Positions 35,786 through 46,383 of a stretch of 63,682 nucleotides of DNA are shown piece by piece (position 1 is the first letter of the stretch; each line of letters starts with the position of its first letter). This stretch comes from an uncultured Candidatus Saccharibacteria bacterium. GTDB taxonomy: Bacteria > Patescibacteriota > Saccharimonadia > Saccharimonadales > Saccharimonadaceae. The stretch spans positions 1 through 63,682 of the forward strand of contig CAYUDH010000001.1 of assembly GCA_964443595.1 (NCBI GenBank), read 5' to 3'. The translations under genes and the position numbers were made by a program. The notes under the pieces are model-generated. The model had not been told where the DNA came from. It searched no databases and saw only the letters and a program-made list of their open reading frames with translations.

Positions 35786-37024
35786 CTAAAAGTCAATATG
35801 CTTAAGTGAAAATTCGGCGACGTGATATTTGCGAGTTTCGCCAGTGGCGCGCTTGGTAACTTCGATTTCATCATTTTCGAGGCCGCGGTCGGACACAACT
35901 ACGCGGTATGGTATGCCGATGAGCTCGCTATCGGCAAACTTTTCGCCTGGGCGGATGTCGCGATCATCGAATAAAACTTCGTCTTCGTTGCCATGATATA
36001 AATCATTAGCCAGTTGCATACCTTTATTACCAATGCCGACGAGATAGTATCTAAACGGCGCAATTGACTCTGGCCAGACGAGCCCCTTGTCATCACAAAG
36101 TTTCTCAGCAATGACACCCATGACACGCGACACACCGATGCCATAGCAGCCCATGGTGACGGTCTTTTTCTGGCCATCTTGGTCGGTAAACTGCAGGCCG
36201 AGCGGACCGGAATATTTAGTTTTGAGCGTGAAGATGTTGCCAACTTCGGCGGCGCGAGCACTCTGGAGCTCATCGCGCTTGACACCCATCTCGGCTAGAA
36301 CTTCATCGTTTAATACTTCTTCGTTTAATACGACACTTTTATCCTGATTGTAATAAACTGTGTCTTCGCCAACTTCGACGATGGTTTGGAACTCGTGGCT
36401 GTATTTAGAGAAGACGCCGCCGCTAGCAAAAGTTTGATAAGTATCGGCGCCGATGCCGAGGCGATCATAAATTTTCTTGTAGGCGATTTCGACTTTGTGA
36501 TAAATCTCGTCTTGGTCTTCGTCAGTGGCGGCGAAGCTGTACATGTCTTTCATGATGAATTCGCGACCGCGCATGATGCCGGATTTGGCACGTAGTTCAT
36601 TGCGAAACTTAGTTTGAATCTGGTAGACGGCGATGGGCAAATCTTTGTAGCTGCTGATGTAGCTCTTTATAAGCTCAGTGATAGGCTCCTCGTGGGTGGG
36701 TGCCAGACCGAGTTCGCCGCCGGCAGCTAGCTTAGTACGGAACCAAATGTCCATTTTCTCAATATCCCAGCGATCGGTTTTTTGCCAAGGTTCGGGATTT
36801 TGCAGAGTGGAAAGTAAGAGCTCTTGGCCGCCGATTTTGTTTAGTTCATCGCGGATAATGGCCTTGATATTATCAAGTACTTTTAACCCTAGAGGTAAGT
36901 AATCATATACACCAGCTAATTCTTTATGAACGAAGCCAGCGCGACATAAATACTGAGCGCCGCGAGCAGTTTCGTCTTTTGGTGCGCTGCGGAGAGTTTT
37001 TACAAAGGTTTTACTAAATCGCAT
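35786..37024 (-). CDS. proS: Proline--tRNA ligase (short, no editing insertion)
   Basis: GVYDYLPLG, PTHEE, KFRNELRAKSGIMRGREFIMKDMYSF, MGCYGIGVSR. Confidence 0.96.
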   Translation of the reverse strand: MRFSKTFVKTLRSAPKDETARGAQYLCRAGFVHKELAGVYDYLPLGLKVLDNIKAIIRDELNKIGGQELLLSTLQNPEPWQKTDRWDIEKMDIWFRTKLAAGGELGLAPTHEEPITELIKSYISSYKDLPIAVYQIQTKFRNELRAKSGIMRGREFIMKDMYSFAATDEDQDEIYHKVEIAYKKIYDRLGIGADTYQTFASGGVFSKYSHEFQTIVEVGEDTVYYNQDKSVVLNEEVLNDEVLAEMGVKRDELQSARAAEVGNIFTLKTKYSGPLGLQFTDQDGQKKTVTMGCYGIGVSRVMGVIAEKLCDDKGLVWPESIAPFRYYLVGIGNKGMQLANDLYHGNEDEVLFDDRDIRPGEKFADSELIGIPYRVVVSDRGLENDEIEVTKRATGETRKYHVAEFSLKHIDF

Positions 37025-37064
37025 AATACCCCATATTATAGCATACTTTTCTTAAAACTAAATA

Positions 37065-37955
37065 TTATATTGCAATATACAGCATATAGAAAGCTATGGA
37101 ATTTGATAAGATATGTAGTAGCATTCCGCTCCAGATGGTGCCGGTGATTTCGCGCAAGGTGCAGAGGACGATGCTGAGTGCAAAGACATTCACGCCGACA
37201 TTCCACTGGCCGTGCAGGATGGCAAAAACTAAAGAAACGATAATGGTGGCAACGGGTGCGCTCCATTTGCGGCGGACTTTACCATAGAACCAACCGCGCA
37301 TAATCAACTCCTCGGCGATGGGCGCAACGAAAGCGATGGCGATAATGGCAAAAAAGCGGTCTAGCCCAGTAACATAATAGCCAAAGCCGACATCCTGAGC
37401 TTGGTCAATCATAAACCAGCTGAATAATCCGGACATGATGCTAGTCAGTACCATAGCAATAAATAGATAGACTACATAAGCAATCGGCGCGAGGCCAATA
37501 TCGACAAAGGTAGGCAGATGTTGCACGCCCATGGAAGTAGGAGTGGACTTGAGATCTTTTTCGATCTTGTACATCATGCCGACATTAATTTGCCGACGGT
37601 GCTTCTTTTGATAAGTTTTGATGATGGCGGGTGGTAAGGAAATTAAAACTGCCAAAGTGATAGCGTAAGTGAGTAAGTAATATACAAGAGTCCAGCCCGG
37701 CTCGAGAAGTTTCTCGCCTAAAATCCAATGCAGCGGATAGGCGGCTAGATATTGACTGGCGCAGGTAGCCAAGACGGTCCAGGCGATGACGAAGATTGTA
37801 AATAAAATATTATAGCGAGTGAGCTTGGATTTTTTCGGAGTGGGCTGTGATGAAGTTTTGGTGCTCTTAGATTTAGTCGCTGTAGGTTTGGCGGTAGCTT
37901 GCGACGGCTTAGCCTGTGATGGTGCTGGATGGTCTTTTTCGGAAGTTTCTGCCAT
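37065..37955 (-). CDS. CPBP (CAAX/Abi) intramembrane metalloprotease
   Basis: APIAEELIMRG, FAILH, HILSN. Confidence 0.88.
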   Translation of the reverse strand: MAETSEKDHPAPSQAKPSQATAKPTATKSKSTKTSSQPTPKKSKLTRYNILFTIFVIAWTVLATCASQYLAAYPLHWILGEKLLEPGWTLVYYLLTYAITLAVLISLPPAIIKTYQKKHRRQINVGMMYKIEKDLKSTPTSMGVQHLPTFVDIGLAPIAYVVYLFIAMVLTSIMSGLFSWFMIDQAQDVGFGYYVTGLDRFFAIIAIAFVAPIAEELIMRGWFYGKVRRKWSAPVATIIVSLVFAILHGQWNVGVNVFALSIVLCTLREITGTIWSGMLLHILSNSIAFYMLYIAI

Positions 37956-37958
37956 GTT

Positions 37959-39200
37959 TTACCTAAACAACTTAAAGATATCTAATGTAGTAATAATCAC
38001 AATCAAAGCTAGTAGCACCATGAAAGCGCGGGAAACAATTTTTTCTTCGGTTTCTTTGGTGAGCTCTTTGTGTCGTAACTTATAAATTGCGATGAGGAGC
38101 CAGCGCCCGCCATCCAGAGCTGGAATCGGCAAGACATTCATACAGGCGAGCGAAACGGAAATCAAAGCCGTGAGGAAAGCCAAGTTAGTAATACCGCTAC
38201 TAGCAAAGGCTGGGAATATTACCCCGACGATACCAACGGGGCCAGATACGGACTCGCCAGCTGAGCCAATGTCGACTCTGCCTTCTTCGCGTACAGCGTC
38301 GTTCGGGCTGAACTGCCGCACTACGCCAGAAACTAAGTTCCAGACCAACTCACCGAGGCCTTTGAAAGTTTCGCCGGTCAGCTGAATCGTGAGGCCGACG
38401 CCGACGATTGGCGCAGACCAAGTGGAGCGGATGTAGGTTTGCCCGTAACTAGCCATATTGACGCCAAGAGAGTATTCAGCGTCGCTACTGTTGAGCTTGG
38501 CGGTAAGGTCTTTTTCCTCTTCGCCGCGTTTGACTCGATAGGTGACTTCTTTGCCGGCGTTGTCTTTGCCGAAGTTAATCACATCGCTGCTATTAGACAC
38601 TGGATTGCCACCGATAGCGATAATTTCATCGCCATTCTGGAAGCCTGCGGCTTCGGCTGGAGAGCCAGCTAGGACGCTCTGGACTACGATACTACTGACA
38701 GTATCAACTTCTTGCGCATCTTGACCCAAGTAGAACTGATGCGGCAAGAACTGTGGCATACCAGTCCAGGCGAGAATTGTCAAAATCAGAATAGAAACTA
38801 GCCAGTTCATTACGACGCCACCGAATAGAATTTTGGTCTTAGCCCAGAAACTGGCGGCGCCAAAGGTACCTTTGCGCTTATCAGCAGCGGATTCTCCATC
38901 CATGGAGCAAAAACCGCCAATTGGTAGCCAGTTAATACTGAAAATTAAACCGTCTTGCTTTTTCTCCCATTCTGACTTGGGGATTTTGACCCATTTTTTG
39001 ACAGTAATGGTTTTGCCATCTGCGTCTTTGACTTCGACGTCTTTGTGTACCCAAGCGATAGCCCGAGGTGGCATGCAAATACCGAATTCATTGACCTTTA
39101 CGCCATTGCGACGTGCCATGATGAAGTGGCCAAATTCATGCGCCACCACCAAGAACATCAAAATAAGTAGACCGATAATTATCCCAAACACTATATTCAT
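37959..39200 (-). CDS. rseP: Site-2 (M50) protease RseP with PDZ domain
   Basis: HEFGH, LPIGGFC, PDZ SPAEAAG, NVLPIPALDGG. Confidence 0.92.
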   Translation of the reverse strand: MNIVFGIIIGLLILMFLVVAHEFGHFIMARRNGVKVNEFGICMPPRAIAWVHKDVEVKDADGKTITVKKWVKIPKSEWEKKQDGLIFSINWLPIGGFCSMDGESAADKRKGTFGAASFWAKTKILFGGVVMNWLVSILILTILAWTGMPQFLPHQFYLGQDAQEVDTVSSIVVQSVLAGSPAEAAGFQNGDEIIAIGGNPVSNSSDVINFGKDNAGKEVTYRVKRGEEEKDLTAKLNSSDAEYSLGVNMASYGQTYIRSTWSAPIVGVGLTIQLTGETFKGLGELVWNLVSGVVRQFSPNDAVREEGRVDIGSAGESVSGPVGIVGVIFPAFASSGITNLAFLTALISVSLACMNVLPIPALDGGRWLLIAIYKLRHKELTKETEEKIVSRAFMVLLALIVIITTLDIFKLFR

Positions 39201-39265
39201 GTATTTATAATATCACATATATAATATATATGGTAAATTTTATGTAACTTTTAGGTATATTCTAA

Positions 39266-39946
39266 TTATTTCCCGAAACGGCGTTGACGTTTGTGGTATT
39301 CGTCGAGTATATACTGAACGTCGGATTTCTCTAAGGCTGGAAAATGTTTCTTGAGGAAGAGGAACTCAGAATAGGCAGCTCGCCAGAGTTGGAAACCAGA
39401 GATACGCTCTTCGCCACTGGTACGCACAATTAAGTCGCAATCTGGAACTTCGGGATGGTAGAGATATTTGCGAAAAGTCGTGGGCGTAAGTTGTGTTTCG
39501 CCGGCGGCAATAGCTTTGGTGGCAGCTTCGGCAATTTCCCACTGCCCGCCATAGTTAAAACAATAGCAAACCGTAAGGCCAGTGTTGTCTTTGGTATCTG
39601 CTTGGACTTTCATGATGCGTTGCCAAAGCTTGGGGTCGACGGGGTCCGGCTTGCCCATGATAACAATACGAATATTATTTTTCTGAGCTTTTTTGCCCAT
39701 TTTTTCGATATTGTCATTAAGCAGCTGCATGAGATAGCTAACTTCTTCGGGTGAACGGTCCCAGTTTTCGGTACTAAAGACGAAGAAAGAAATATATTCG
39801 ACTTCGGTATCCTTGAGTGCGTCAACAATCATGTCAACATTATCAAAGCCCTTTTTGTGACCCTGCAAAGTAGGTAAACCGCGTTCACGCGCCCAGCGAC
39901 GATTGCCATCGGCGATAAAACCGATGTGAGTGAGTTTTTCGGCCAT
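39266..39946 (-). CDS. uppS: Undecaprenyl diphosphate synthase
   Basis: HIGFIADGNRRWA, FSTENWDR, NYGG, RTSGEERISGF, RRFG. Confidence 0.96.
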   Translation of the reverse strand: MAEKLTHIGFIADGNRRWARERGLPTLQGHKKGFDNVDMIVDALKDTEVEYISFFVFSTENWDRSPEEVSYLMQLLNDNIEKMGKKAQKNNIRIVIMGKPDPVDPKLWQRIMKVQADTKDNTGLTVCYCFNYGGQWEIAEAATKAIAAGETQLTPTTFRKYLYHPEVPDCDLIVRTSGEERISGFQLWRAAYSEFLFLKKHFPALEKSDVQYILDEYHKRQRRFGK

Positions 39947-40488
39947 TAGATTGACATAATCTCCGCAGATTTGGCTTTGAAAGCTTCGTCAATCTTTTCG
40001 GTAAAGGTCTTGGTCAGTTCGTCGATGTCTTTTTCGGCGCGCTTCTTTACGTCTTCGGGAAGCTCGGCGGTCTTTAGCTCTTTGCGGGCATCTTCACGGA
40101 CATTGCGGATAGCAACTTTGGCTTCTTCGACTTTGCTGGAGGCATTTTTGACGATTTCTTTGCGGCGTTCTTCGGTCAGTGGTGGCACTGGCACGCGAAC
40201 CACGCGGCCATCATCAGATGGATTCAAGCCTAGCGCGGCATCGTTACGAATCGCAGCAGCGATAGCCTGGATAGTGCTAGGGTCGAAAGGTGTTACTTGA
40301 AGCAAAGTGCCGTCAGTCGCTACGACGTTAGCGACTTGATTGAGTGGCGAATATTGTCCATAAACTTCTACCTTGATGCTGGCTAGCATGTCTGGATGTG
40401 CGCGCCCGGTGCGAACTTTTTTCATCTCGTCATTAAAACGCGCTACGGCGGCGTCCATCGCTTTGCGATATTCAGTACTATCAAACAT
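39946..40488 (-). CDS. frr: Ribosome recycling factor
   Basis: VRTGRA, LGLNP, PPLTEERRKE, AIRNVR; start reassigned via the AAGGAGG RBS. Confidence 0.96.
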   Translation of the reverse strand: MFDSTEYRKAMDAAVARFNDEMKKVRTGRAHPDMLASIKVEVYGQYSPLNQVANVVATDGTLLQVTPFDPSTIQAIAAAIRNDAALGLNPSDDGRVVRVPVPPLTEERRKEIVKNASSKVEEAKVAIRNVREDARKELKTAELPEDVKKRAEKDIDELTKTFTEKIDEAFKAKSAEIMSI

Positions 40489-40566
40489 GAGTGTTACCTC
40501 CTTAATTTTATTTACAAAAGATGCTGGAATATGCCTAAAAATGCACATTCCAGCACTGATTTGACT

Positions 40567-41190
40567 TTATTCAGTAACACCCAGCTCGAGGCGCTTGAAT
40601 TGGCGAACAGTGATATTCTCACCTGTCTTAGCGATAGCTTCTTTGATAAAGCCAGCTACGGTCATGGTATCATCCAAGATATATGGCTGTTCCATCAAAA
40701 CTTGATCGGAAAAGGCTTTCTTAACTTGGCCATTAATAATCTGGTCTTTCATGTTTTCTGGGCCTTTGAACTTTTCTTCAAACTCAGCCTTTTTCTTGTT
40801 TAGAACATCAGCTGGCACGTCGTCGATAGTGACATAGAGTGGAGCCATAGATGCAACTTGCATAGCAATCCTGTGAGCAAGGTCTTTGAACTCTTCGGTC
40901 TTGGCGACAAAACTGGTTTCGCAGTTGACTTCGACGATGGCGCCGAGGCGACCGTCATGCACATAAGCTTCGATCAGACCTTCGCGAGTTTCGCGATCGC
41001 CGCGTTTCTCGGCCTTGGTCATACCTTTTTTGCGCATGGCTTCGAGGGCTTTATCGAAATCGCCCTTAGCTTCGACTAGAGCTTGCTTAGCATCGGTCAA
41101 ACCGACACCAGATAGCTCTTTGAGCTTCTTGATTAGCTCGATCGAGATGGCTTTGACTTCGCCGGCTTTTTCTTTTAATTCTTGGCTCAT
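40567..41190 (-). CDS. tsf: Elongation factor Ts (short form)
   Basis: EVNCETSFVAK, REGLIEAYVH, LMEQPYI. Confidence 0.95.
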   Translation of the reverse strand: MSQELKEKAGEVKAISIELIKKLKELSGVGLTDAKQALVEAKGDFDKALEAMRKKGMTKAEKRGDRETREGLIEAYVHDGRLGAIVEVNCETSFVAKTEEFKDLAHRIAMQVASMAPLYVTIDDVPADVLNKKKAEFEEKFKGPENMKDQIINGQVKKAFSDQVLMEQPYILDDTMTVAGFIKEAIAKTGENITVRQFKRLELGVTE

Positions 41191-41275
41191 ATTCCTCCTT
41201 TATTTTATAAAATCTTTTTTGCAAAACGATTAGTGATTCGTTTTGAAAGTATGCCTGATACTAATGAATGGCAGG

Positions 41276-41974
41276 TTAAGCTTCGGTTTTGCCTTCACCT
41301 TCTTTGATGGCGGCGGTAAAGTAGTCGAGAATCAATTTGACGGCTTTGACGGCATCATCGTTGGCTGGAATTACATAGTCGATGTTAGTAGGATCGACGT
41401 TGGTATCGGTGATGGCGAAGACTGGGATTTTCAGGGCATTGGCTTCTTTGATAGCGTTCTTATCCTGGCAAGCGTCTACCACAATCAAGGCAGCTGGCTG
41501 CTCGGTCATTTCCTTGATACCGCCATAACGCTCGTTGAGCAGATCGATTTCTTCTTGATAACGCTGAACTTCGAGCTTGGAATAGCGAGCTTCGAGCTCA
41601 CCAGAGGCCATGCGGCGCTCAAGGTCTTTGAGTTTTTTGATTTGGCGATTGATAGTTTCAACATTGGTCAAGATACCGCCAACCCAGCGCACGGTCACAT
41701 ATGGCATATTGACAGACTCAGCAGCTTCTTTAGTAACGTCCTTAAGTTGTTTCTTGGTGCCGACGAACAAGATTTTTTTGCCGCTCGCGGTGATCTTAGT
41801 AATTTCTGGTAAAGCTTTTTCTAGAGCTTCGGCAGTTTTTTCCAAGTTAATAATGTGGCCATCCTGACGCTTGCTGTGAATATACGGCGCCATCTTTGGG
41901 TGCCAGCGGCTAGTTTTGTGACCAAAATGTGCACCAGACTCGAGTAGTGCTTTCATATCGACTTCTACAGTCAT
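41276..41974 (-). CDS. rpsB: 30S ribosomal protein S2
   Basis: LLESGAHFGH..RWHPKM, FVGTKKQ, DTNVDP, IPANDD. Confidence 0.97.
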   Translation of the reverse strand: MTVEVDMKALLESGAHFGHKTSRWHPKMAPYIHSKRQDGHIINLEKTAEALEKALPEITKITASGKKILFVGTKKQLKDVTKEAAESVNMPYVTVRWVGGILTNVETINRQIKKLKDLERRMASGELEARYSKLEVQRYQEEIDLLNERYGGIKEMTEQPAALIVVDACQDKNAIKEANALKIPVFAITDTNVDPTNIDYVIPANDDAVKAVKLILDYFTAAIKEGEGKTEA

Positions 41975-42160
41975 TGGTTATCCTTTCTCTTCGCTACAGG
42001 GTTGACTCCGCAGTTTCTGTGTTGCGGAAATCAGGAAACCTCCCATAGCTGTTTCGTTTGATATAAATACTCCTTCATTATAACTTACATCCGTAGAAAA
42101 GTCAATGGTCAAAATCTGGGGTTTACAGTTTAGATAAAGTGTGCTAAACTAAAGGGAGTT

Positions 42161-42502
42161 ATGAGTAAAAAGATTGCACAACCACAAGATTATCGCTATG
42201 TTGTCTTCATGGATGAGGCGGCGAACTTTTCGTTCTTGACTCGTTCTACAGCTGTCAGCGAAGAAACGATCAAGTGGACCGATGGTCAGGAATATCCTTT
42301 GGTCAAGGTACAAATTTCTTCTGCTTCTCACCCGTTCTTTACTGGTGAGGAAAAGATTATTGATACCGAGGGTCGCGTTGATCGCTTCAAGGCTCGTGCT
42401 GAGCGTGCAGCTAAGCTGCGTGCTACTCTTGGTAATAAGACCAAGAAAGCCGAAAAAGAAGCCGAGAAAAAAGCTGCCAAGGCTGAGGCTGCGGGGAAAT
42501 AA
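42161..42502 (+). CDS. rpmE2: 50S ribosomal protein L31 type B
   Basis: [28 protein letters not shown]; no Zn-binding Cys; K/A-rich tail. Confidence 0.92.
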   Translation: MSKKIAQPQDYRYVVFMDEAANFSFLTRSTAVSEETIKWTDGQEYPLVKVQISSASHPFFTGEEKIIDTEGRVDRFKARAERAAKLRATLGNKTKKAEKEAEKKAAKAEAAGK

Positions 42503-42520
42503 TCTAGCAATAGTTGAGCG

Positions 42521-42550
42521 AAGTTCCGGCTGTAGCGGTCGGGACTTTTT
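42521..42550 (+). terminator. rpmE2 terminator
   Basis: AAGTTCCGGC...GTCGGGACTTTTT hairpin with U-tract. Confidence 0.65.
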
Positions 42551-42612
42551 GCAGGCGTAAAAGTAGGACGGCCCGAAGGCCGCCCTGAAGTGGATGTGCG
42601 TGTTGGCGATGG

Positions 42613-42957
42613 TCACCATTTGTGATAGCGCTGAACTAATCTTCTGGGGTCGCGCCCTTCTGCAACGTATCTGTCGTAGATTTGGGCGGGCGTACCGACA
42701 TAGCCAGTATCAGGGTCTTTTACGACGCCGTAATCTTGCAGGCGGCTCTTGTCGGCCTCGCTAACGCTGCCGAATCTTTGTCCGCCGTAGCCAGTGGCTT
42801 GCGAAGCAGCCGGCATGATGGGCTCTCCGTATCCGCCGAAAGGAACATGCTCGGTAGTGCGACTGCTCGATTCCCCGCCGAATAGCGAATCGAATAGGCC
42901 ATCAGAAGCCGGCGCAGGTGGGCTGGACAAACCAAAAACATCGTCCCAAAATCCCAT
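42613..42957 (-). CDS. Hypothetical small protein
   Basis: 114-aa ORF with GGAAAGGA RBS and a downstream GGCC-CGAA-GGCC hairpin. Confidence 0.55.
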   Translation of the reverse strand: MGFWDDVFGLSSPPAPASDGLFDSLFGGESSSRTTEHVPFGGYGEPIMPAASQATGYGGQRFGSVSEADKSRLQDYGVVKDPDTGYVGTPAQIYDRYVAEGRDPRRLVQRYHKW

Positions 42958-43071
42958 TCATAATCACATCCTTTCCTGAATGGGTAGCACAAGGTGAATA
43001 AGTTACAAGCTAAGCCAAAACTGCCTAGTCCACTTATTTTACTACATGAATGAGTAATGTGCAAACATGAG

Positions 43072-46000
43072 CTAGTTGTTGTCTATCAATTTTTGGATAA
43101 ACTCTTTGATTTGTTTCATAGTGCGGGATTTGTCGGGAGCTAGGAAGAGTTCGTCGTTTTGCACGAAGTCTAGGCTAACTAGCTGCTGGTAAACCGCTTT
43201 AATCAATTGTTTGAGCTCGGCATCGTCGGCTTCGTTGAATTCGTAGACTTTGTTGTAGACTTTGCCATCGTCGTCTGGCGTAACAAATAAGATATGGCCT
43301 TTTGTGACTTTGTAATTACGATAATTGAGCGATAAGTTTAGCAATAATTTATAGAATTCAAGTTGTAAGCGATATTTATAAAGGCTAGGCTGGCTATCCC
43401 ATTTTTTATCGTGATATTTGCCGGTTTTGAAATCATAAACTTCAATAGTTTTGGTTACTGGGTCAATATCCAGGTGGTCAATTTTGCCGGTAATAGGGAC
43501 GCCTTCAAAATTTAGCTTCTCGGAGGATAAATTAAGCTCGGCTCGGGCATGCTCGTGGCGCAAAATGTCGCTAAACTCTCGCAGAGCAATGGTCAATCCG
43601 CGTTCGCCCTTTTCTAATAAATCTCGGCGGCCAGATTCGTCTAGGTCAGCTTTTTTGGCTTCAGCCTTAAAAACTTCGAGCGCGGCAGCATCGTCTAATC
43701 CTTGCGCGGTAATTTGCTCAAAGACGCTATGTAGAACCGTACCGTAGCACAGCGCAAAAGTGGCGGGCTCGCTGGGCGCATGTAGAACTTTGCGCTGGTA
43801 GACTTGCTCGGGGCCGGAGTAAACGATGTCAATGAAATCCGTCAGGTCGGTAGCGTTGAGGCGATAATCTTTCATGCGTTCGCGTAAGATTTCCATGGCT
43901 GCTGGCTCGAGTTTTTGGTAGGCAGAAACCCAGTCGAGTCGCATGGTTTCGATTTTTTCGGCATTGGTGAGATTATTATGCGGGATAATAGCCTGCACTG
44001 GTGCAAGTAGGTATGGCGAAATCTGCTCATCACTATCACGGCTACTTTCGGACAGGTACCGCAAGCGCATATTGTCGCTGCCATCATCCTTGTGCATGGC
44101 GCTAGTCATGGTGAGGCTTTCCTTGGCGCGGGTAATGGCTACGAAGAAGAGCCGCAACTGTTCATCATCAGTGATACCAGTGTGGCGGATGTAAGTTAAG
44201 TTCTTAGGCAAGGTAAGCAAGTTATTATTCCCTTTTGACTTACCCCACGAGCTATCGTCGACCGAAGTTAAGAAGACATGCTTAAACTCGAGGCCTTTGC
44301 TCTTATGGCTGGTCATAACTTGTACGGCATTGCTGCTGTCGCGATAGACACTTACGCGCATAATCTCGCTTTCGGCGAGCGCGAAATCGTCCATGGTCGC
44401 CACGAAATCTTTGAGTTTGAGGATTTTTTCACTATCATCAGTATTACGAAGGTGAGCGGAAACTTTTTGCCGCAAGGTAGCTAAGTTCTCGTAAAACTCT
44501 AGGAGTTCAACTTCGCTAGAATGCTGTTGATAGTAGTCGAGGATTGGAGATTTTTGGCCATTTAGCTCGACATTGCCGATTAAGTAGTCTAACCATAGCT
44601 CTAGAGGAGCGGTTTCGGCGACGCTGGCAAGCGCTGCCAGTAGCTCAGCGATTGATTCTAGCTGTGGGTCACCCGACAAGTAGTCTACTACACTTTTTTG
44701 GCTGCCCCATTTTTGCTCGACGGCTTTGATGGCGACGGTAGGCGGGACTTGCCAGAACTCGTACGATAGGATTTCGAGTAAATCTTCGACTGGCTGCTCG
44801 CGATTAGCAAGGCGATAGACAAATCGGGCAAGCTTGATAATCCTGGAGATTTTTTCGTCGAGGAGGATGTTGTCGCGCTTTTCATAAGTAACATCAAGAT
44901 TTTGTTGCTTTAAATAAGGCAGAATCGGTGCAATGTTTTTGTGCCTAGGGGCAATGATGGCGATGTTGTTGGGGTTCTCGCCAGCATCGACTAGCTTGCG
45001 AATCTGCGCGGCAATCCAATAATATTCTGCTACGGTGCCAGGAAATTCATGACGCGTGACCTGCGGCGGTAAAAGTTGGTCACCACGCCAATTGTCTTGC
45101 ATGGAACGCAATGTTTTATCGACATTGTAATTCTTAGCGAAGCTGTCGTCGATTTGCTCGGCAATTTTGCGCGACAGACTTAGTACTTCACCGGTGCTAC
45201 GATAATTGTCTAGCAGCGTGATGATTTTAGCGCCGTAATAATCTTGGAAATCGCGTAAGTTGGACGCATTAGCACCTTGAAACTCAAAGATGGCTTGGTC
45301 ATCATCACCTACCGCCATCACAACTGGCTTCTCGTACTGCGTGAGCAACTTAATTAGTTCAAACTGCGAAGCATTAGTATCCTGGAACTCATCAAGTAGA
45401 ATAAACTGAAAAAGCTCGGAAAGCTGCATACGAAAGCCATCATCGGTTTTGAGATACCGGATGGCACATTCGATCATATCGTTGAAGTCGTACTGACCAG
45501 TTTCGCGGAGCTTGTCTTCGTACTTTTGCATGATGTTAGCCAAAGACAATAGCTTCAGATTTGCAATGTGGTCTTTCAGGCGGTAACTTTTGATTTCGGG
45601 ATGTTTCTCGTCGCGAATAAAAACTTCAAAGTTTTTGGTTTTCCAATCGGAAAGTTTTTTGAGCTTGGGTTTTTCCTCGGCGGTAACTTCGGCGATAACT
45701 TTGTTTAAATCTTTGGCTAAGACATTCGCGATGCGCTCAACATTGCCGACAATCGGCTCAGGAGAACTTTTGGCGAGTAAAATTTCTAGGATGGGCTGAT
45801 AAGTTTGCTCTAGTGCAATATCAGCCTTTTCGCGCGGTTTCAGTTCGAGTAAGATTGGCGAAATGTCACTAGATAAGTCAATGCTATCTTGGATGTTTTG
45901 CTCGGCGATTTTTTTGAGGTCGCTAGCGGTTAAGCGGGCGGCTTTGGCATTGCCAATGGTCGAGATAATGTCTTTGGTGTCACTATCACGCAGAATATCA

Positions 46001-46383
46001 TTAACGGACAAACTTTGCTGGATGTCATAAATGATTTTGTACTGAGCGGTTTCATCAATGGCTGAGTCTAATTTGCGATCGAAAGTTTCGGCGTAACTTT
46101 TGTAGCGATCGAGAATATTAGAGCCAAACGCATGATAAGTATAAATATTAACATCCAGCGCGGCTTTGCCAATCATAGATTGCAAACGGGAACGCATGTT
46201 TTCGGCACCAGCTTCGGTAAAAGTAAGGCAGAGAATGTTTTCGGGATTAACATCAACATTCTGCAAAATGTAGGCGACTTTGGCAGAGAGAAGTTGCGTC
46301 TTGCCAGTGCCGGGGCCGGCAAGGACTAGAAGTGGTCCCTCTAGATATTCGACGGCGGCTTGTTGTTCTGGGTTTAGGCTCAT
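43072..46383 (-). CDS. UvrD/PcrA-family helicase with C-terminal PD-(D/E)XK nuclease (AddA/AdnB-like)
   Basis: LAGPGTGKT, LDEFQDT, VGDDDQAIF, NYRS, HKSKGLEF, VAITRAK; GKIDH..YDFKTG..QLEFY. Confidence 0.92.
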   Translation of the reverse strand: MSLNPEQQAAVEYLEGPLLVLAGPGTGKTQLLSAKVAYILQNVDVNPENILCLTFTEAGAENMRSRLQSMIGKAALDVNIYTYHAFGSNILDRYKSYAETFDRKLDSAIDETAQYKIIYDIQQSLSVNDILRDSDTKDIISTIGNAKAARLTASDLKKIAEQNIQDSIDLSSDISPILLELKPREKADIALEQTYQPILEILLAKSSPEPIVGNVERIANVLAKDLNKVIAEVTAEEKPKLKKLSDWKTKNFEVFIRDEKHPEIKSYRLKDHIANLKLLSLANIMQKYEDKLRETGQYDFNDMIECAIRYLKTDDGFRMQLSELFQFILLDEFQDTNASQFELIKLLTQYEKPVVMAVGDDDQAIFEFQGANASNLRDFQDYYGAKIITLLDNYRSTGEVLSLSRKIAEQIDDSFAKNYNVDKTLRSMQDNWRGDQLLPPQVTRHEFPGTVAEYYWIAAQIRKLVDAGENPNNIAIIAPRHKNIAPILPYLKQQNLDVTYEKRDNILLDEKISRIIKLARFVYRLANREQPVEDLLEILSYEFWQVPPTVAIKAVEQKWGSQKSVVDYLSGDPQLESIAELLAALASVAETAPLELWLDYLIGNVELNGQKSPILDYYQQHSSEVELLEFYENLATLRQKVSAHLRNTDDSEKILKLKDFVATMDDFALAESEIMRVSVYRDSSNAVQVMTSHKSKGLEFKHVFLTSVDDSSWGKSKGNNNLLTLPKNLTYIRHTGITDDEQLRLFFVAITRAKESLTMTSAMHKDDGSDNMRLRYLSESSRDSDEQISPYLLAPVQAIIPHNNLTNAEKIETMRLDWVSAYQKLEPAAMEILRERMKDYRLNATDLTDFIDIVYSGPEQVYQRKVLHAPSEPATFALCYGTVLHSVFEQITAQGLDDAAALEVFKAEAKKADLDESGRRDLLEKGERGLTIALREFSDILRHEHARAELNLSSEKLNFEGVPITGKIDHLDIDPVTKTIEVYDFKTGKYHDKKWDSQPSLYKYRLQLEFYKLLLNLSLNYRNYKVTKGHILFVTPDDDGKVYNKVYEFNEADDAELKQLIKAVYQQLVSLDFVQNDELFLAPDKSRTMKQIKEFIQKLIDNN

